Notes: generated by a model from the sequence alone, not told the origin. Shown: positions 12,855 to 26,123, numbered from the stretch's first letter. The stretch is 64,000 nt of DNA from Epithemia pelagica (GCA_946965045.2 OX337233.1:2170001-2234000), one strand, 5' to 3'. A program made the numbers and translations.

Positions 12855-14850
12855 TCACACCAACTCAACGTTAGCAAAATCTCTTTCTTCCGACGTCCGT
12901 GCAGGTGTGTACGAATGTTTTTGAATCCCACCATTCCGAAGTCCATTCAAGCGATGGAGACTATTGGGCCGCTCACCGTTCTCGCCATAGTTTGTAGGCG
13001 TCATTTCCATTTCAGAGCCGTCCGGTGTTGGATACTGTCTTTCAGGTGGAGGGTAGTTAGAATGTCTTTCGGGTGGTGAAGGGTAATGGGAGTGTCTATC
13101 TTGCGGTGGTCCAAATTGAGAATGCTTCTCAGGTGGTAAAAAGTGAGCTTCGGGCGGCGCGAAATGAGAGTCGGGGGCCGCAAAATGGGAGTGGTTGTCG
13201 CGAAACACGTTGTCTCTGGTATTGGTACCTTGGTACACAACTCGTTCAATGAAATACGCTCGTTGGTGGAAGTAAATGGCCATAACAGTAATAAAGGCAA
13301 TTCCTCCAAACACGACGAGCACAATTCCGAATTTTCCTCCCGCCGACATTCCTTCGGCATTGGGCAAAGCCGCTGTGGCGGCCGCTACCGGCGCACCAGT
13401 GGGAGCAGGAGAAGGAGTCGGTGAAGGCACTGGGGACAGGGAAATATGGAGACCCGAAGGAGCAGATTGCACAATTCCAGTGCCCGCCGACGTAGGAGGA
13501 GGCGTCGCCTGGGTAGTCCATCCTTTGTTCTTGAGCTCACAGCGCCTTCCACTCCAGGATCGTACATCACAGGAGCAGTAATGGTCATCGCTTCCAGCAA
13601 CCTTGTAACAGATACCATTGTTGACGCAAAACGGAATCTCGGCCGAAGACATTTTGTTCAATGAGTCGAAAAGTTGGAGAGCCGAAACCTCATCAATTGG
13701 TGTCGGATTTTCACAATGATCTGTTGCTTTGAATTCACAGAAATCACCAGCCACTGCACAAGAAGCACAGGTGAGACAGAACGAAAAATACTTGCTCAAC
13801 GATGATAAACCTCAACGAAGACTTACATCTGACTCCGTTGTCATTGCTACATTCGCAGACCTCTCCTGTAGTCACTCCCTCCATGACACACTGGGAACCA
13901 TGAAAGCAGAATCTATTCTCTCCTCCACATTTGATGTAGTCGTACTCGCAATTCGTTCCAGCATGGCCTTCGCTACAGACACAATGCATGAAATCAGTAG
14001 TTCCTCCACCATTCAGATCCAATGCTCCATTTGCTCCATTATCCTCATATGGGTTGATCCCATGTTGACACATTCCAACTCCTGAGCACTCAAGTGAACA
14101 CATCTGCTGCACATGCTCCGCCATGTATTCGCAATGCCGTCCAGTGAAGCCATCTGGACAATCGCAGGGTTGATCCACAAAATTAATGGCCTGCACACGA
14201 CACAAACCATTGTTCACACAGAACATATCAATATCACGGCTACAAAAATCATTGGCTTTCACTTCAATCTGACAGTACTTGCCCACATAGCGAGCAAGCC
14301 CGAAATTTGGGGCAGTACCAACAACTTCAATGGCAGTCGAACAATCGCACAACGCATTTGGTGAATCGTAGCTTTGACCCACAGCACACTCTCCATTGTT
14401 TCTATTTATGTATCCAAAATCAAAACAGAAGGACTGTTGGAACCACGTTTCTCAAGAAATGCAGGTCAATCGCATGTCCAACACGAACACTTACAAGCAT
14501 TGCATAGCGCCGCAGTTTGTCGTGTCAAGTCTTCGACGATCCACTTCGCAATATGGTCCTGTGAAATCTTCTGTACACTGACATTCAAATTCTCCCTCTA
14601 TATCGCGAGCAACTGGATTTTCCGTTGTTCTCATTGTTTTCTTATTGACACAGATTCCTCCATTGAAGCAGTCCAGAGAGCACCGTGACGGCGTCGACAA
14701 CGAATCAACGTTATCCACAGGAGGCTCGGCATGAAGGGCGCCCACCTCGATTTCCTCTAATGGCTCCACACTGGTTATGACTGGAACAATTCTGTGAATT
14801 AGCGTAAAGCATATTATGAGCAGTTTTGAGTTCAAGCGCACCATGGTCAT
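12855..14850 (-). CDS. Type I membrane protein with six EGF-like repeats (paralog A); join(complement 14495..14850,13827..14401,12855..13753)
   Basis: Signal peptide; repeated C..C.NGG.C...C.C...G..C units; Pro/Thr/Ala stalk; TM KFGIVLVVFGGIAFITVMAIYF. Two GT-AG introns give 1830 nt in frame. Confidence 0.85.
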
Positions 14851-15410
14851 GTTTCCTTCGTTGACTTTTCTGTTCGAAACCAGAAAGAAATCCAGTGCAA
14901 GGCGGTGCAGGCGAACACGAATGGTAGAAGATACTCCGGCGTGACGAGGTGAAGATCCTTTTAGATTTTGTGTTGTTCTGAAGATCGAACCGCGTTCTCT
15001 CTATGATCCGTATTTTCCATCGCGCTAGGGTGTTTTTATAATGGGGTGTTTTCTGTTCCTGCATGGGGAATTGCCCACCAGCTGCAACAATTAACGCCCC
15101 AGTGTTCGGATGTTAAATCTGACAACACAGTTTTCGAAACTTATTTTCCCTCAGAACGGTGAGGCGTATATCTGTTCATTGACGTCACCTCTCTTTTTCC
15201 CAACAAAACCGAGGAAGTTTGAAGTTTGCTATCAGCCTACCTACATCGAACTGCAATAGCTAGCAACTCCAAACAAAAACTCCTCCTCCTCCTACAAACT
15301 CAGGAAACTGCCTACCTAGAGGAGTAAATGCTCCGAACTCTCTGTTTCTATGATGAAATAAAATCTGCTAGGAGTAACTATATAAAAGATGTGAATGTCT
15401 CGGTGAGACT

Positions 15411-17461
15411 CTAAACGATATTCCTGTCCGAGGTTTCCCCTTCCTTGGAGTCCATGTTGTCAGTACTGTTTATGGTATCCTCCGCAACCGACGTCGGTGA
15501 CAACTTTTTGGGAGTGTCCAGATTGACACTGGTCATTCCATCGGCATTATTTTCTTCCGATATCATGTCCAGTTGAAGATTGTTGGCATTGGCCGACTCC
15601 AGCTCTTTTCCAAATCGAGATCGGGTGTAGTACCGATAAATAGCAATGGCACCGGTAAAGACCACTGCAAAGGACACCAAAGTGACGGCAAATTTGCCAA
15701 AGCCTGACATGCCATCATCTTCATTAGAGTTTGATAATTGACTTGCATCTGGGGAACGATCCGGTTCGGTTGCGACAATTGGTGATGGTGATGGAGACGC
15801 TTCACTGGGATAGGGTGTGATACTGGCTTCAATGGTGGGTGGCCACGTGTCGGTCCCCATCACGGTTGGCGCCGGACTGGCTTGTGGAGAACTGGCTCTA
15901 TTTTCGCATCGTCGTCCTGTCCATTCGTCTTGACTGCATTCGCAATAGTACAAGTTGTCCGCTGGATCGAGAACACACTTGCCATTGTTGACACAAAAGG
16001 GCAATGCACTCGTTTCCATTTTGTCCTCTAGATCAGGGACAGGGAAGGAAGGATCCGGATCGGCGGGATTGTTACAATTGTCAGTGGCACGGAATTCACA
16101 CGATTCTCCCGCCACTACCATAATATTGTGAAAATAGAGATCAATTATCCAAATCATTCAGTGGCATTTGCGAAACAGAAGGGAGAGTCATGAAATTAGT
16201 AAATCATGGCCACAATTGATGAAAAGTCATTGCTCCGACATACAAAACTCTCCAAACCTACCTTTTTGGCCAGCGGCATCTTCACACTGACACACGGTTT
16301 CTTGATTGATTTTGACACATGTGGAGCCATGGAAACAAAATTTGCGTCTGCCATTGGGCTCATCGGGTTCACACCGTGAATACTCAAATTCACAATTGGT
16401 TCCCGCATGAAACTCATCGCATCGACAGTACATGTACTTTTCATTGCCATTGTGTTCTAGATCCAAAATACCGTTGGCACCATTGTCCGAAAAGGGATTG
16501 GCTCCGTGTTCGCAGGTACCAAATCCGTTGCAATCCAAGGTACAATCATCGGCCACGTCCGTGGGTGCATACTCGCAATGCCGACCCTAACACAGTCGTG
16601 ATCTGTGGTTAGAAGAGGATTGTCCGTTTCCCCTTTTCACCTTTACACAAACATACCTTGAATCCATTGATACAACGACAGGGTTTGTCATCGTAGTTGA
16701 CGGCGGACGCTCGACATTCCCCTCCATTGATGCAAAACAGTTCTCGGCTGATTCCATTTGGTCCTGGACAATAATCGGCTTCGGTCACATCAGTTTGACA
16801 GGATTTTCCGACGTATCGCTTCACTTCACCAGCGGCCAAACCAGTGGGATCCCATGCCTCAGAACAATCACACACGGGAGTGCCATCAAAAGTCGTGTGG
16901 CCTTCCATACACTGACCACCATTTCTGTATCGTCGTTGCGTGTGAGGGAAAAACACCCAACGAAACAAGAACACTTTTTGTGAGATCACACCTCCTTGCT
17001 CTAACCTAACATAAACATGTCGCTTGTCCTTTTTGCCAATGACAACAAGTAAAAGACGAAACTCGACGCAATGCGCATCCGAGATGTACGTACAAGCATT
17101 GAAGTGTTCCACAGGTTTGATTTCCACCAACCAAATTACGTGTCTTGGGACGTATTTCACAAAAGTTTCCCAGATATCCCGGTGGACACTGACATTGCCA
17201 TTGTCCTTCTTTGTTCTCTGTGGAGGCGACGGTCGTTTCTTCCGTCTTGCGTTCCACGGCAGTCACGGTAGATTCATGAGCAGACGATTTGGTAATGCAA
17301 ACTCCTCCATTTTTACAGTCAAGTGGACAAGAGCTGACAACCAGTGTGTTGTGGTGTTGGTCGGAGGCCGACGAATCGACGAACATGGACCAGCCACTCT
17401 CCACCAGTGTAGAGGCCGCCACGAAGAGCAAAGCACGGCGAGAAACGGACATCATGACCAC
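15411..17461 (-). CDS. Type I membrane protein with six EGF-like repeats (paralog B); join(complement 17094..17461,16657..16924,16262..16586,15411..16114)
   Basis: Same architecture as paralog A, with shared motifs (RYVGK.CQ, GANP..DNGANG.LDL, HAGTNCE, FCFHGS.C, WTGRRCE, GKF before the TM). Three GT-AG introns give 1665 nt in frame. Confidence 0.85.
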
Positions 17462-18796
17462 TTTGACTCCTAAACCAGAGTTTCGAAATGTACCGAGTAG
17501 AAGGAGAACTCGTCGTAGTCAATCGACAAAGAGACTACGATGGACAATGAAAAAAGTTCGAGGCCGAATGATAGAGAAATGGGCTGGTCGTGTCAAGTGT
17601 GCAGGGGAAGCTACTTTGATTATGTGTTTGGAATCATTTGAGCGTGAATCGGAAAATGGGAAACCGCCTCCTTGTCGTTCCTGGTTGTACACAAGAAAGA
17701 GATCAAGGTCTCCTCATCCTCCCTTCTTCGGCTTTCTTGTACGAGCTGCGTCCCGCAAGACCAACACTTCAAGTCTGCCGAGTACGACTGTTGACAGGAT
17801 TCATTCCGAGGGAGTCCGTTGTTTGGATCATGGTGACCACCATTTAAACGATCCATTTGGTTGTGGCTTCATTCTCGCACGCGTTCCAGATTCATGCGTT
17901 GGATCCCCTCTGGTGTCGGAATTGGTCCTCTTGGGGGACCCAAAAGAATTGCCCCTTCCAACAGCTTCCGTATTGGGCTATTCTCGAAACGGCATGCGAA
18001 TCGGATGGGGGACATCAATAGATTCCGCTCTTGTCGTCGACCAAGCTCCGGTCTTGACGCACTCTCACACTTTTCTGCCCCTACTGGCAGCTTGACAATG
18101 GGCGTCCAATATCCAGTTTTCGGATTTGTACGAGAATCATTCCGCATGTTGTCGAAGTCGAAAGACACGACCATGGAGTGACTTGCCACAGAAGCGAAAG
18201 ACGAATTGGAAATGGTGCCATGTGATGGAAAAGAGCTGTCTCAAGACGTTGTATTCTCCGAAAACAGTCCATGTTACAGGTGAAATGGATGACCGACCGG
18301 AAGCTTTTCTGGGTATCGACGAGCCGATTTATTTCAAGGAAACATCTCTTACAGCATGCCTCCGTTGATCTAGCTGCGTCAATTCTTGTGGTACTCGCTC
18401 TAGCTACTTCGAGAATGACAAAGAGAATCGAAAGTGTAAACTCAGATAGGACTTCCCCTTACTAAGACAACTGCTGAATGAGCACGTGATGACTGTTTTC
18501 ATCGGTGATCAAGTTGCGAAAGATAAACTGATCTTTAGACCTTTGTCTACGTCGTATTGGAGTTTGGAGTAGGAATAGGAGCATTACGTCGTCCTATAAC
18601 GCTATGGGGTAATAGAAGCGCTAGCAAAGAATGGAGTAAGGTAGCAAGTCGGGGAGAAAGCGTTTTTGAATTTGTATTTTGTATTTCGATTTTGGGTATG
18701 GGGAATGGGGAACCTTATGGCGATCAAAGATCCAGACATCACTCATTCCTTGTTGGAAAAAATTTGCAAGAAGACATGAAACCAAGAGAATTGATC

Positions 18797-19261
18797 ATGA
18801 CAAAAGGTCGCACTCGTTCTCTTTTGTTGATTCTCTGCCTTTGCTCCGCTTCGTTCGCGTGGAATGTTGGCCACATGCCAGCGACGACGACGACGACAAG
18901 ACGCACCCTTCTCGGCAGTGCGTTCACCGGTGGAATGGCACATCTAGTCCTTCTTCCAATACAACCAGCTCTGGCCAAGGAAGACTGCTACAAGGATTGT
19001 TATAAGAACTGTCGCGCCATTGTACCCAACGATAGCTCCAACTATTGCGAAGACAACTGCCGGGACTACTGTTCCCAACCAGATCGAACGGATGGTCTTT
19101 CGGGCTCCGTTTCTGCAGCATCGGGAGAAGTGGGCATTCTTGGAGGAACATTCGGTACAGGGACTGTGGTGAAAGGTGAAGATAAACCGCCCTCAGTATC
19201 TCTTCCGGGCCTTGATTTTACAAGTCCTCAAGGTCGTATGATGATCAAAGGCAATTCATGA
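18797..19261 (+). CDS. Plastid/thylakoid-lumen targeted Cys-rich protein of unknown function
   Basis: Signal peptide ending SASF-AW (ASAFAP-like); twin-Arg RRTLLG...PALA thylakoid signal; mature part has CYKDCYKNC...CEDNCRDYC. Confidence 0.7.
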   Translation: MTKGRTRSLLLILCLCSASFAWNVGHMPATTTTTRRTLLGSAFTGGMAHLVLLPIQPALAKEDCYKDCYKNCRAIVPNDSSNYCEDNCRDYCSQPDRTDGLSGSVSAASGEVGILGGTFGTGTVVKGEDKPPSVSLPGLDFTSPQGRMMIKGNS

Positions 19262-19802
19262 GGTCTGGGTTATTTTGCAATAGGAAGTGGCACAATTGAG
19301 ACCGATTGGAGTCAAAATCTGACATTGTCCATCCTCGTCTCACATAACAATGTCCAACGGTTTTTACACATTGTCATACCGTGAGTGTTAATGCACTTTG
19401 CCCCAGAAAAATGCACTCTAATAAAATCATCATGGTCCTCCGTCACCTGCGAAGCGTTAGGACTTTCAAACTGCCTCCACGGATTTTATATTCGGTGTAG
19501 GCGAGAAAACGTATGAGTATAACATTCAACGGATGGCTTTGCAGCAAAAGGAGTTGCTATGGCTACTTGTTCCCGCGTCTTTTTGCTAAGAGTGTTCATC
19601 ACACATTTTTTTACGCCCTAGCGGGGGTTATAATTCTATAGTCTGTCCGTCAATCATTTTTTGACTCGGAGAAGGGAATTCTCGACAGGATCCGACTAAT
19701 GTGCGACCAGAGTCTAAACCTTGCTTGGGGGTAACATCTTTTGCATGTCTCACTTTTCGCTGTCCCTGGAACGAAGTTTCCACAAAAATCCACAAAAAGA
19801 CA

Positions 19803-22800
19803 ATGGGACGAAAACGCAAGAACAGGCAGTCCAAGAAGAAAGTTCAACAGAACTACACAGCATCATGGAGGAATAGGACCATGGATAATGCATTGAATGC
19901 AGACGAATTCCGTCAGAGGCAGTCGAAATTCCACAAGAAGATTGCAGCGCAAGAGAAGGACATTCTGTCGAGATCGATTTTCGTTACCAATGTACGAGAT
20001 TTACGGGTAGAATCGAACCTGGAAGCACTCAAGAAATTCTTTAACGATGTCTATGGAGACGTCAAATACTGTCGAAGAACTGTTCGTAGCGACAGAAGGA
20101 AAGGCCGAGGTCGACCTATTATCTATCCACCGGCACGTGTTGTTTTCTTCCACAAAGACGATGCCGAACGTGTGTTCGGTGGGCAAGAACTATCCAAAGT
20201 GGTTGGAAGTCAGCAAATCCGGTGCCCTCTTGGACACAAAAATGGAGAAATCTTGGTTCGCCCTAGTATTCCTTCAAACGACATTTTGCTGGAAGAAACC
20301 GAGGGCTCACAAGTGAGGATGCGAGCTAGTGGTCTCTGGCTGGGGCATTGGTGTCCAGGAGAACGTGAAATGGATATGCTGAGTAACGATCATCAAGATG
20401 AGGGAGAGTGGCTAGGAGTTGTAGAGGGTTCCCCTCCAGTGATGGTTATTGATATCAAGGAACGGTGCATTGAATTGACTTACAAGGGACCTGCGAGAGA
20501 GTATCGAATTATGTTCAAATTCAAAGAACTTTTGACCCCCATCGCTCTCTGTCGACAGGAGTCCGATGAGCTATATCTCATCTTTTCTCTCAAGAACCCT
20601 CCTTTGGTTCATGCCAAGCTATCAGAATACGAACCAGGAGACAACATAGCGGAGATTCTGTGGCAATTGTCCGAAATCAACCTAGTCAACGAAAACGAAC
20701 CAGAATTCCGACGAACACGCACGTGGGACAGGCTTTCAGGAGAACAACTAGGCTTGTACTTAGGGTACAAGCTTTTGATCCCGGGGGTTCAGATCAAGGA
20801 ACTTTTCCTGAACGATCAACTTCGGGAAAGTGGGGTGATTGGTTTCAGTTCAGAAGACTTTCAAAACCCAACCAGGATCAAGTCGACTGACATTGGTTTT
20901 CGGTACGACGAACAATTCAATGCCGCTCTGAAAGCTGTTAGAAATTTTCAAATTGGTAAGAACTTTTTTGTCATGCGGCGGTACAGCTTCCGTCGCCCTG
21001 AATTGATGGTGGAGGAACTCACACTTGTGCAGCTTCGCTTTTGCGTCAGCTTCGTGACGAGGGAAAGTTCACAACGTATCATGCGATTACCGACAAGGCG
21101 ACGTTTGGCAATGAATGTCAGGCCAATATTTTGGAAGTACTGTCGTCGACACAAGACCGCGTTTTCCTCAAGCACGCCATACTTGTAAGTAATGCGTCAT
21201 TATCAGGTAAACTTATTTGGGACACTAAAAGGTTCATTTGTTGTCCATCACCAGGCGCTGGAGGATATGGCATCAGGATTTGGCTGCACTAGGTACCCCT
21301 CACGTTTGTTCCGCAAGTTACTGCCTGGTGCGGCTTTTCGTGATTCGCCGCCAGTGCCTCCACACTGTATACTTGTGCCACGGATACGGCTTAGTCCATT
21401 GCGCGTGCATTTTCTTGGGATGGGCATCGAGACAAGTAATCGGGCAGTTCGCCATTTTTGCCAGGAATACGGATTTGCTGTGGACGAGTTCCTTCGAGTA
21501 AGCATCACCGAAGAAGATGGATCACCGCTTCATGGATCAGAGTTGACGCAAACTGTGAGGGGACATTTGAAAGACTCTCTCGTCAACGGAATCGACTTTT
21601 GTGGAAGAAAGTTTGTCTTCTTGGCCTATTCATCTAGTCAGCTCACAGAGTGCTCCGCCTGGATGGTTTCTGAATCGCGTCATTCATGGGACGTTGTCAC
21701 AATGCGGAACGAACTTGGGGATTTCTCAAGATGTCGGACGCCTTCAAAATTTGGAGCTAGACTTGGCCAGTGTTTCTCTACCACTTTTACCAGATCTATC
21801 GAAAGGTCTTCTCTCCAAGCTCGTCCTGTTGTCATCGATGACATCGAAGGGGCCAGAGGTTGCCACTCCGACGGGACTGGTTTGATCAGGCGGAGAACCC
21901 TGTACGAACTTCTCCTTGAACTTCCTATTGGACCGAAAGATTTGAAATATGTGTCGATTATTCAGATACGTTATGGGGGTGCAAAAGGAACTCTGACAGC
22001 TTACGATGAACCAATGGTTTATTTACCAGAAGGAACTCCGAATGCAGATGTTTATATCCGGGATAGTATGATCAAATTTGGTGGAACATTTGCTGGTGTG
22101 GAGGTCTGCTCTATCGGGAAACGTGTCCCGTACTATCTTAATCGGAATGTTATCTTACTATTGGCAGCGCTTGGGATACATGAACAACATTTTTTGGATA
22201 TGCAGAGAAATATGTTGGTGAACCTGGATAAAATGCTGGATGACGGATTGATTGCACTTCAAATGGTTCGGTCTCTCACAGGAGCTGGAAACGAGTCTCG
22301 AAAAACTCTTCTAAACATGCTTTCAGCAGGACTCACTCCGTCGACAGAGCCTTTTCTGTACGATTGTTTGTCGGCAATGCGCAACCATCAACTGTTTGCT
22401 CTTAGAAAGAAATCAAGGATTCTGGTCGAGAAAGGTGCTGTGTTGGTTGGTGGACTCGATGAAACTGGTGAAGTTCCCGAAGGCTTCGTTTTTTTTCAAA
22501 TTGGAAGCTCACCCTTTGTGGGTCGTGTGTTGGTGACAAAGCACCCCGTAATGCACCCTGGAGACGTGCGCATGCTTACGGCGATCGACGTGCCGCAACT
22601 GAGAGGTCATCGAAATGTTATTCTCTTCAGTAAGCATGGAGATCGTCCGGAAGCGGACAAAATGTCAGGGTCGGATCTCGATGGCGATGAATTTGCCGTC
22701 ACATGGGACAAAAGACTTTTCCTGGAAAGCAACAAAGAGGCAATGGATTACGAAGGCACAGACACATCGCGAGTGCGCCGTTTGTCGGGTAAACCAGAAA

Positions 22801-23945
22801 AGGTGACGGAGGAACTCGTCGTTCATTTCTTGGATCATATCAAAAATGCCAGCGTTGGACAGATATCAATGCTCTGGTTAGATCATGCAGCTTCCAAAGG
22901 CGCAACATCCGATGAATGTACTAAATTAGCCGAGCTTCATTCCATCGCAGTTGACTACCCAAAGAGTGGTGTCCCTGCAGAAATCCCATCAACTCTTCGA
23001 CTGAAGTCGTCGGTTCCACGGCCGCATTGGCGGGAAAAGAAAGCATCTCCGAGCTACCAATGTAGCTCCGTCATTGGGAAGCTCTATGATCAAGTGAAAG
23101 CCGCCCGCCGTCACGAGAACAAAGACGCAGTCGCTAAGAGGAAAATCGATCAGTATGGAACTATTGTTTGTGAGGCTTACCCGGACTGGTCTCCTAGCGC
23201 TCTTCGTAAGGTGTACAGCTTGGACATTTCCATGGCTTTGATGCCATCGGAGTGTCAGAGTTCTCGGAGTAATGTGTCGCAGGATCTGCAAGCGTGGGCC
23301 AACGATGAACGCGCCTCCTATGAACAGGAACTTCTTCGCATCATGAATAAATACAAAATCAGAGGAGAAGGGGAAGCTCTCACCGGCTGCATCAGAAAAT
23401 ACCACAAGTTCTACAAGAAGCGGCAGCATGATTTCTCTCAGGAAGTTCGCCGTTTGGGCGTCGAGCTGACAAAGAAGTATCGAAGATCATTCTTTCAGTG
23501 CGTCGAACGTGTCTCAAGACATATAAAAGATCGGCCCAGTGGAGATTTTACTGATGGATTGATACGTTTTCAGTTTGATGACGCGGACAATGACGAGGAT
23601 GAAGTAGACGAACAGGCTGGTGAGGATGAGAACGAATCTAATCTTATATTTGATGAAGACGACGACAGTTGGAGCGAGGGAAGCATTGAAGATGATAAAC
23701 TGAAAGAAATCGAAGAGATAGCGCTGAAAGACCCAGCATTGTGCAATGATGACGAGGTTATTGTTCAACGCGTGGCCTTTGCTTTGGCTGGTTCATGCTA
23801 TGATTCTGCATACCATCCAGAACATCGCTGGACGGATCGAAATAGAAAATTGACACTCTACAGCTTTCCGTGGATGGTGGCAGACGTCATTTCTCATGCG
23901 TGCTTGAGCTTCCGGACTCAATCGAACCATTTCCGTCAACCATAA
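19803..23945 (+). CDS. RDR: Cellular RNA-dependent RNA polymerase (DLDGD, RDR-alpha type) with N-terminal RRM-like domain; join(19803..20955,21033..21184,21255..23945)
   Basis: Motifs SKFGARLGQCFS, HSDGTGLI, QIRYGGAKG, TKHPVMHPGDVR, SGSDLDGDEFAVTWD, HSIAVDYPKSG. Two GT-AG introns give 3996 nt in frame. Confidence 0.92.
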
Positions 23946-24326
23946 ATTCGCTTGATGGATACAGACCTAAAACTGCGGAGAGATTTATCTACGGATATGC
24001 AGATGACCATGGAATTGTATTGAACACGTGGGAAAACAGTTACCTCTATTTAGTTGAGTTTTACTAAGATTGAGAAAGCCTCGATGTACCACCCGATGGC
24101 TTTTCCAAGGGATTGAACTGACCTGGCACAACTTTACTGACACCATGAGTTGAAGCTCCATGTTCCCCGGGTTATCCTCACCAACACGATCAACCCAAGC
24201 CACGTGCAAACCAGAGGTTGATGCAGGATTCTTTGTCATTATCCACATGGTCACGCTTCATCCAAAGGTGTCAAAAGGCAACTTTGCACCGACCTGCTCC
24301 TGCTAATGGGTTGAAAGTAACAATTT

Positions 24327-26123
24327 TCACGACCAGTACTTCAGCGTCTTGTCAAAGCCACAGGTAACAAGGCCTTGGCATGCAGTCGTCTTGTTCGAGT
24401 GGTTCGTAGGAACAAAATCCAGACCACTGACTTGTCCAGCATGGCCTCGCAATGTATTCAAAGGTTTCCAATCTCTAGCACTCCATAGCTTGACTGTGCC
24501 ATCAAAGGAGGATGAGGCCAAACATTCACCACCCATGACATGGTCTTCACCCATTAAACTTGTCTGTAATGGAGGAAGAAACTTGACTTGGGAAATTAAA
24601 CTTGAATGAGCAGGAATTGCAGCAGCTTGCTTTCGACGTCGCAGGTCCCAAATGGCAATTACGCCATCGTCGCCCGCCGTGGCCAAATGAAAGCCATTGG
24701 GTGCAAAATCGGCCGACAAGATTCGTTTGGCATGTTGACCGGCCCAATGATGAATGGATTTGCCAGTCCGCAAATCCCACAAGTGAATAATAGTGGCAAA
24801 ATCCGTTGCGGCACACAAACTTCCATCATTGTGAAAGGACAGACCAAAGACTGGCGCAGCATGGCCGTCCTGGAGCAACAAATCTTGACCCGTTTCGATA
24901 TCCCACAAACGCCAGGTATGATCAAAACTTGTAGTCGCTACATGCCGTTTGAGCGGATGAAAACGAGTACGACACAAACGGGCTTGATGTCCTCGCAAAT
25001 GAGCCACCTCTTTGACCGTCAGAGCAGCCGTATCTGTGGACTTTTGACTGGAATTGTTCGTCGGGTCTTCTTCTTCTGCTTTGTTATCCTCTTCGACAAG
25101 CATGGGTTGTGTCGCATTAGGCTGTATTTTCCACAATTTGGCTGTGGTGTCAATCGAAGCCGTGACAAGCAGGGCTGTATTACTTGCAAGATTGCTTGAG
25201 CTAGACGATACGGGCGGTGGCGACATGAGATCCATTGCCATGATGCGATCTTCGTGACAAAGTGTCGCTTCTCCCAGTGGCATCAAGGAGGGAACGTCCC
25301 ACAGTTGTACAGATGCTGTCCATCCCGCTGTGACACAAAACGGTTGACGACCTTTTTCATTCATGGTTATTGAGCCCTGGCATATACTCGTCAAGGCACG
25401 TCGATCGGCGTATTGGGATCCCTCCAAGGTCACTTGTCGCAAATGCTGATAAGTTGGTCGACAAATAGCATCCAAACGTTGCAAGGGATTCATATCTGTA
25501 TTAGAAACATTTGCTTCATCTTCAACATTATTCTCTTCATTTGTTTTCTTTCTTTTACGATAGTGACTGCGAACCATGGTTCGTAGTTGTCGTTCTCGTT
25601 CCAATCGCAGTTTGGATCGTTCCATAGAAAATGCGGCGATCGCTTGTCGTGCTTGAATCAGTTCGGGAGATGCCCTAGTATACTTGGTCACTTGTTCCTC
25701 TTCTTCGTCATCCTCCTTCTCTTCTTTTACAGTTGTAGTAGCTTGTTTTTGCTCAAATTCTTGTTGGGCCAACGCCATGCGCAACCGTTGTCGTACATCC
25801 GCCAAGTTTTCCCCAAACAATCTCACTGGTTGTCCCATTTGTCGGAGTGCTTGCCGTACATCCTGAGGTAAGGTTGGTACATTTGTCAAGGTACCCGCTA
25901 GTTTGGTTATCTCCAGGTTATCCAAAACTGTTTGATGAGCAGCTTGTTGTGCTTGCGAGTCCTCGGTCAAGTCCATAACTTGTAAATGGGGTTGTTGCAT
26001 CATCCTTCCTGATTGACTTGACATTTCAGAGTACGGACCAGAAGTGATGCTGCTTGAATTGGCGCTACACGGGGCTGAGGATGATCTCGGAGGTGGTGGC
26101 GGCGGTGGAAACGAAGATGCCAT
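24327..26123 (-). CDS. PRPF4: U4/U6 snRNP protein Prp4 (PRP4 motif + WD40 repeats)
   Basis: DVRQALRQMGQPVRLFGENLADVRQRLR followed by WD40 repeats (GHQARLCR...ATTSFDHTWRLWD, LLQDGH...DGSL, PNGFHLAT.G.D). Confidence 0.9.
   Translation of the reverse strand: MASSFPPPPPPPRSSSAPCSANSSSITSGPYSEMSSQSGRMMQQPHLQVMDLTEDSQAQQAAHQTVLDNLEITKLAGTLTNVPTLPQDVRQALRQMGQPVRLFGENLADVRQRLRMALAQQEFEQKQATTTVKEEKEDDEEEEQVTKYTRASPELIQARQAIAAFSMERSKLRLERERQLRTMVRSHYRKRKKTNEENNVEDEANVSNTDMNPLQRLDAICRPTYQHLRQVTLEGSQYADRRALTSICQGSITMNEKGRQPFCVTAGWTASVQLWDVPSLMPLGEATLCHEDRIMAMDLMSPPPVSSSSSNLASNTALLVTASIDTTAKLWKIQPNATQPMLVEEDNKAEEEDPTNNSSQKSTDTAALTVKEVAHLRGHQARLCRTRFHPLKRHVATTSFDHTWRLWDIETGQDLLLQDGHAAPVFGLSFHNDGSLCAATDFATIIHLWDLRTGKSIHHWAGQHAKRILSADFAPNGFHLATAGDDGVIAIWDLRRRKQAAAIPAHSSLISQVKFLPPLQTSLMGEDHVMGGECLASSSFDGTVKLWSARDWKPLNTLRGHAGQVSGLDFVPTNHSNKTTACQGLVTCGFDKTLKYWS

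Noticed and set aside
17289-18368. ORFs of 268 aa (+, 17289-18095), 106 aa (-, 17869-18189) and neighbours
   Set aside because: No recognisable motif, alternative start codons and no convincing splice model; a small gene may be present but I cannot support one.
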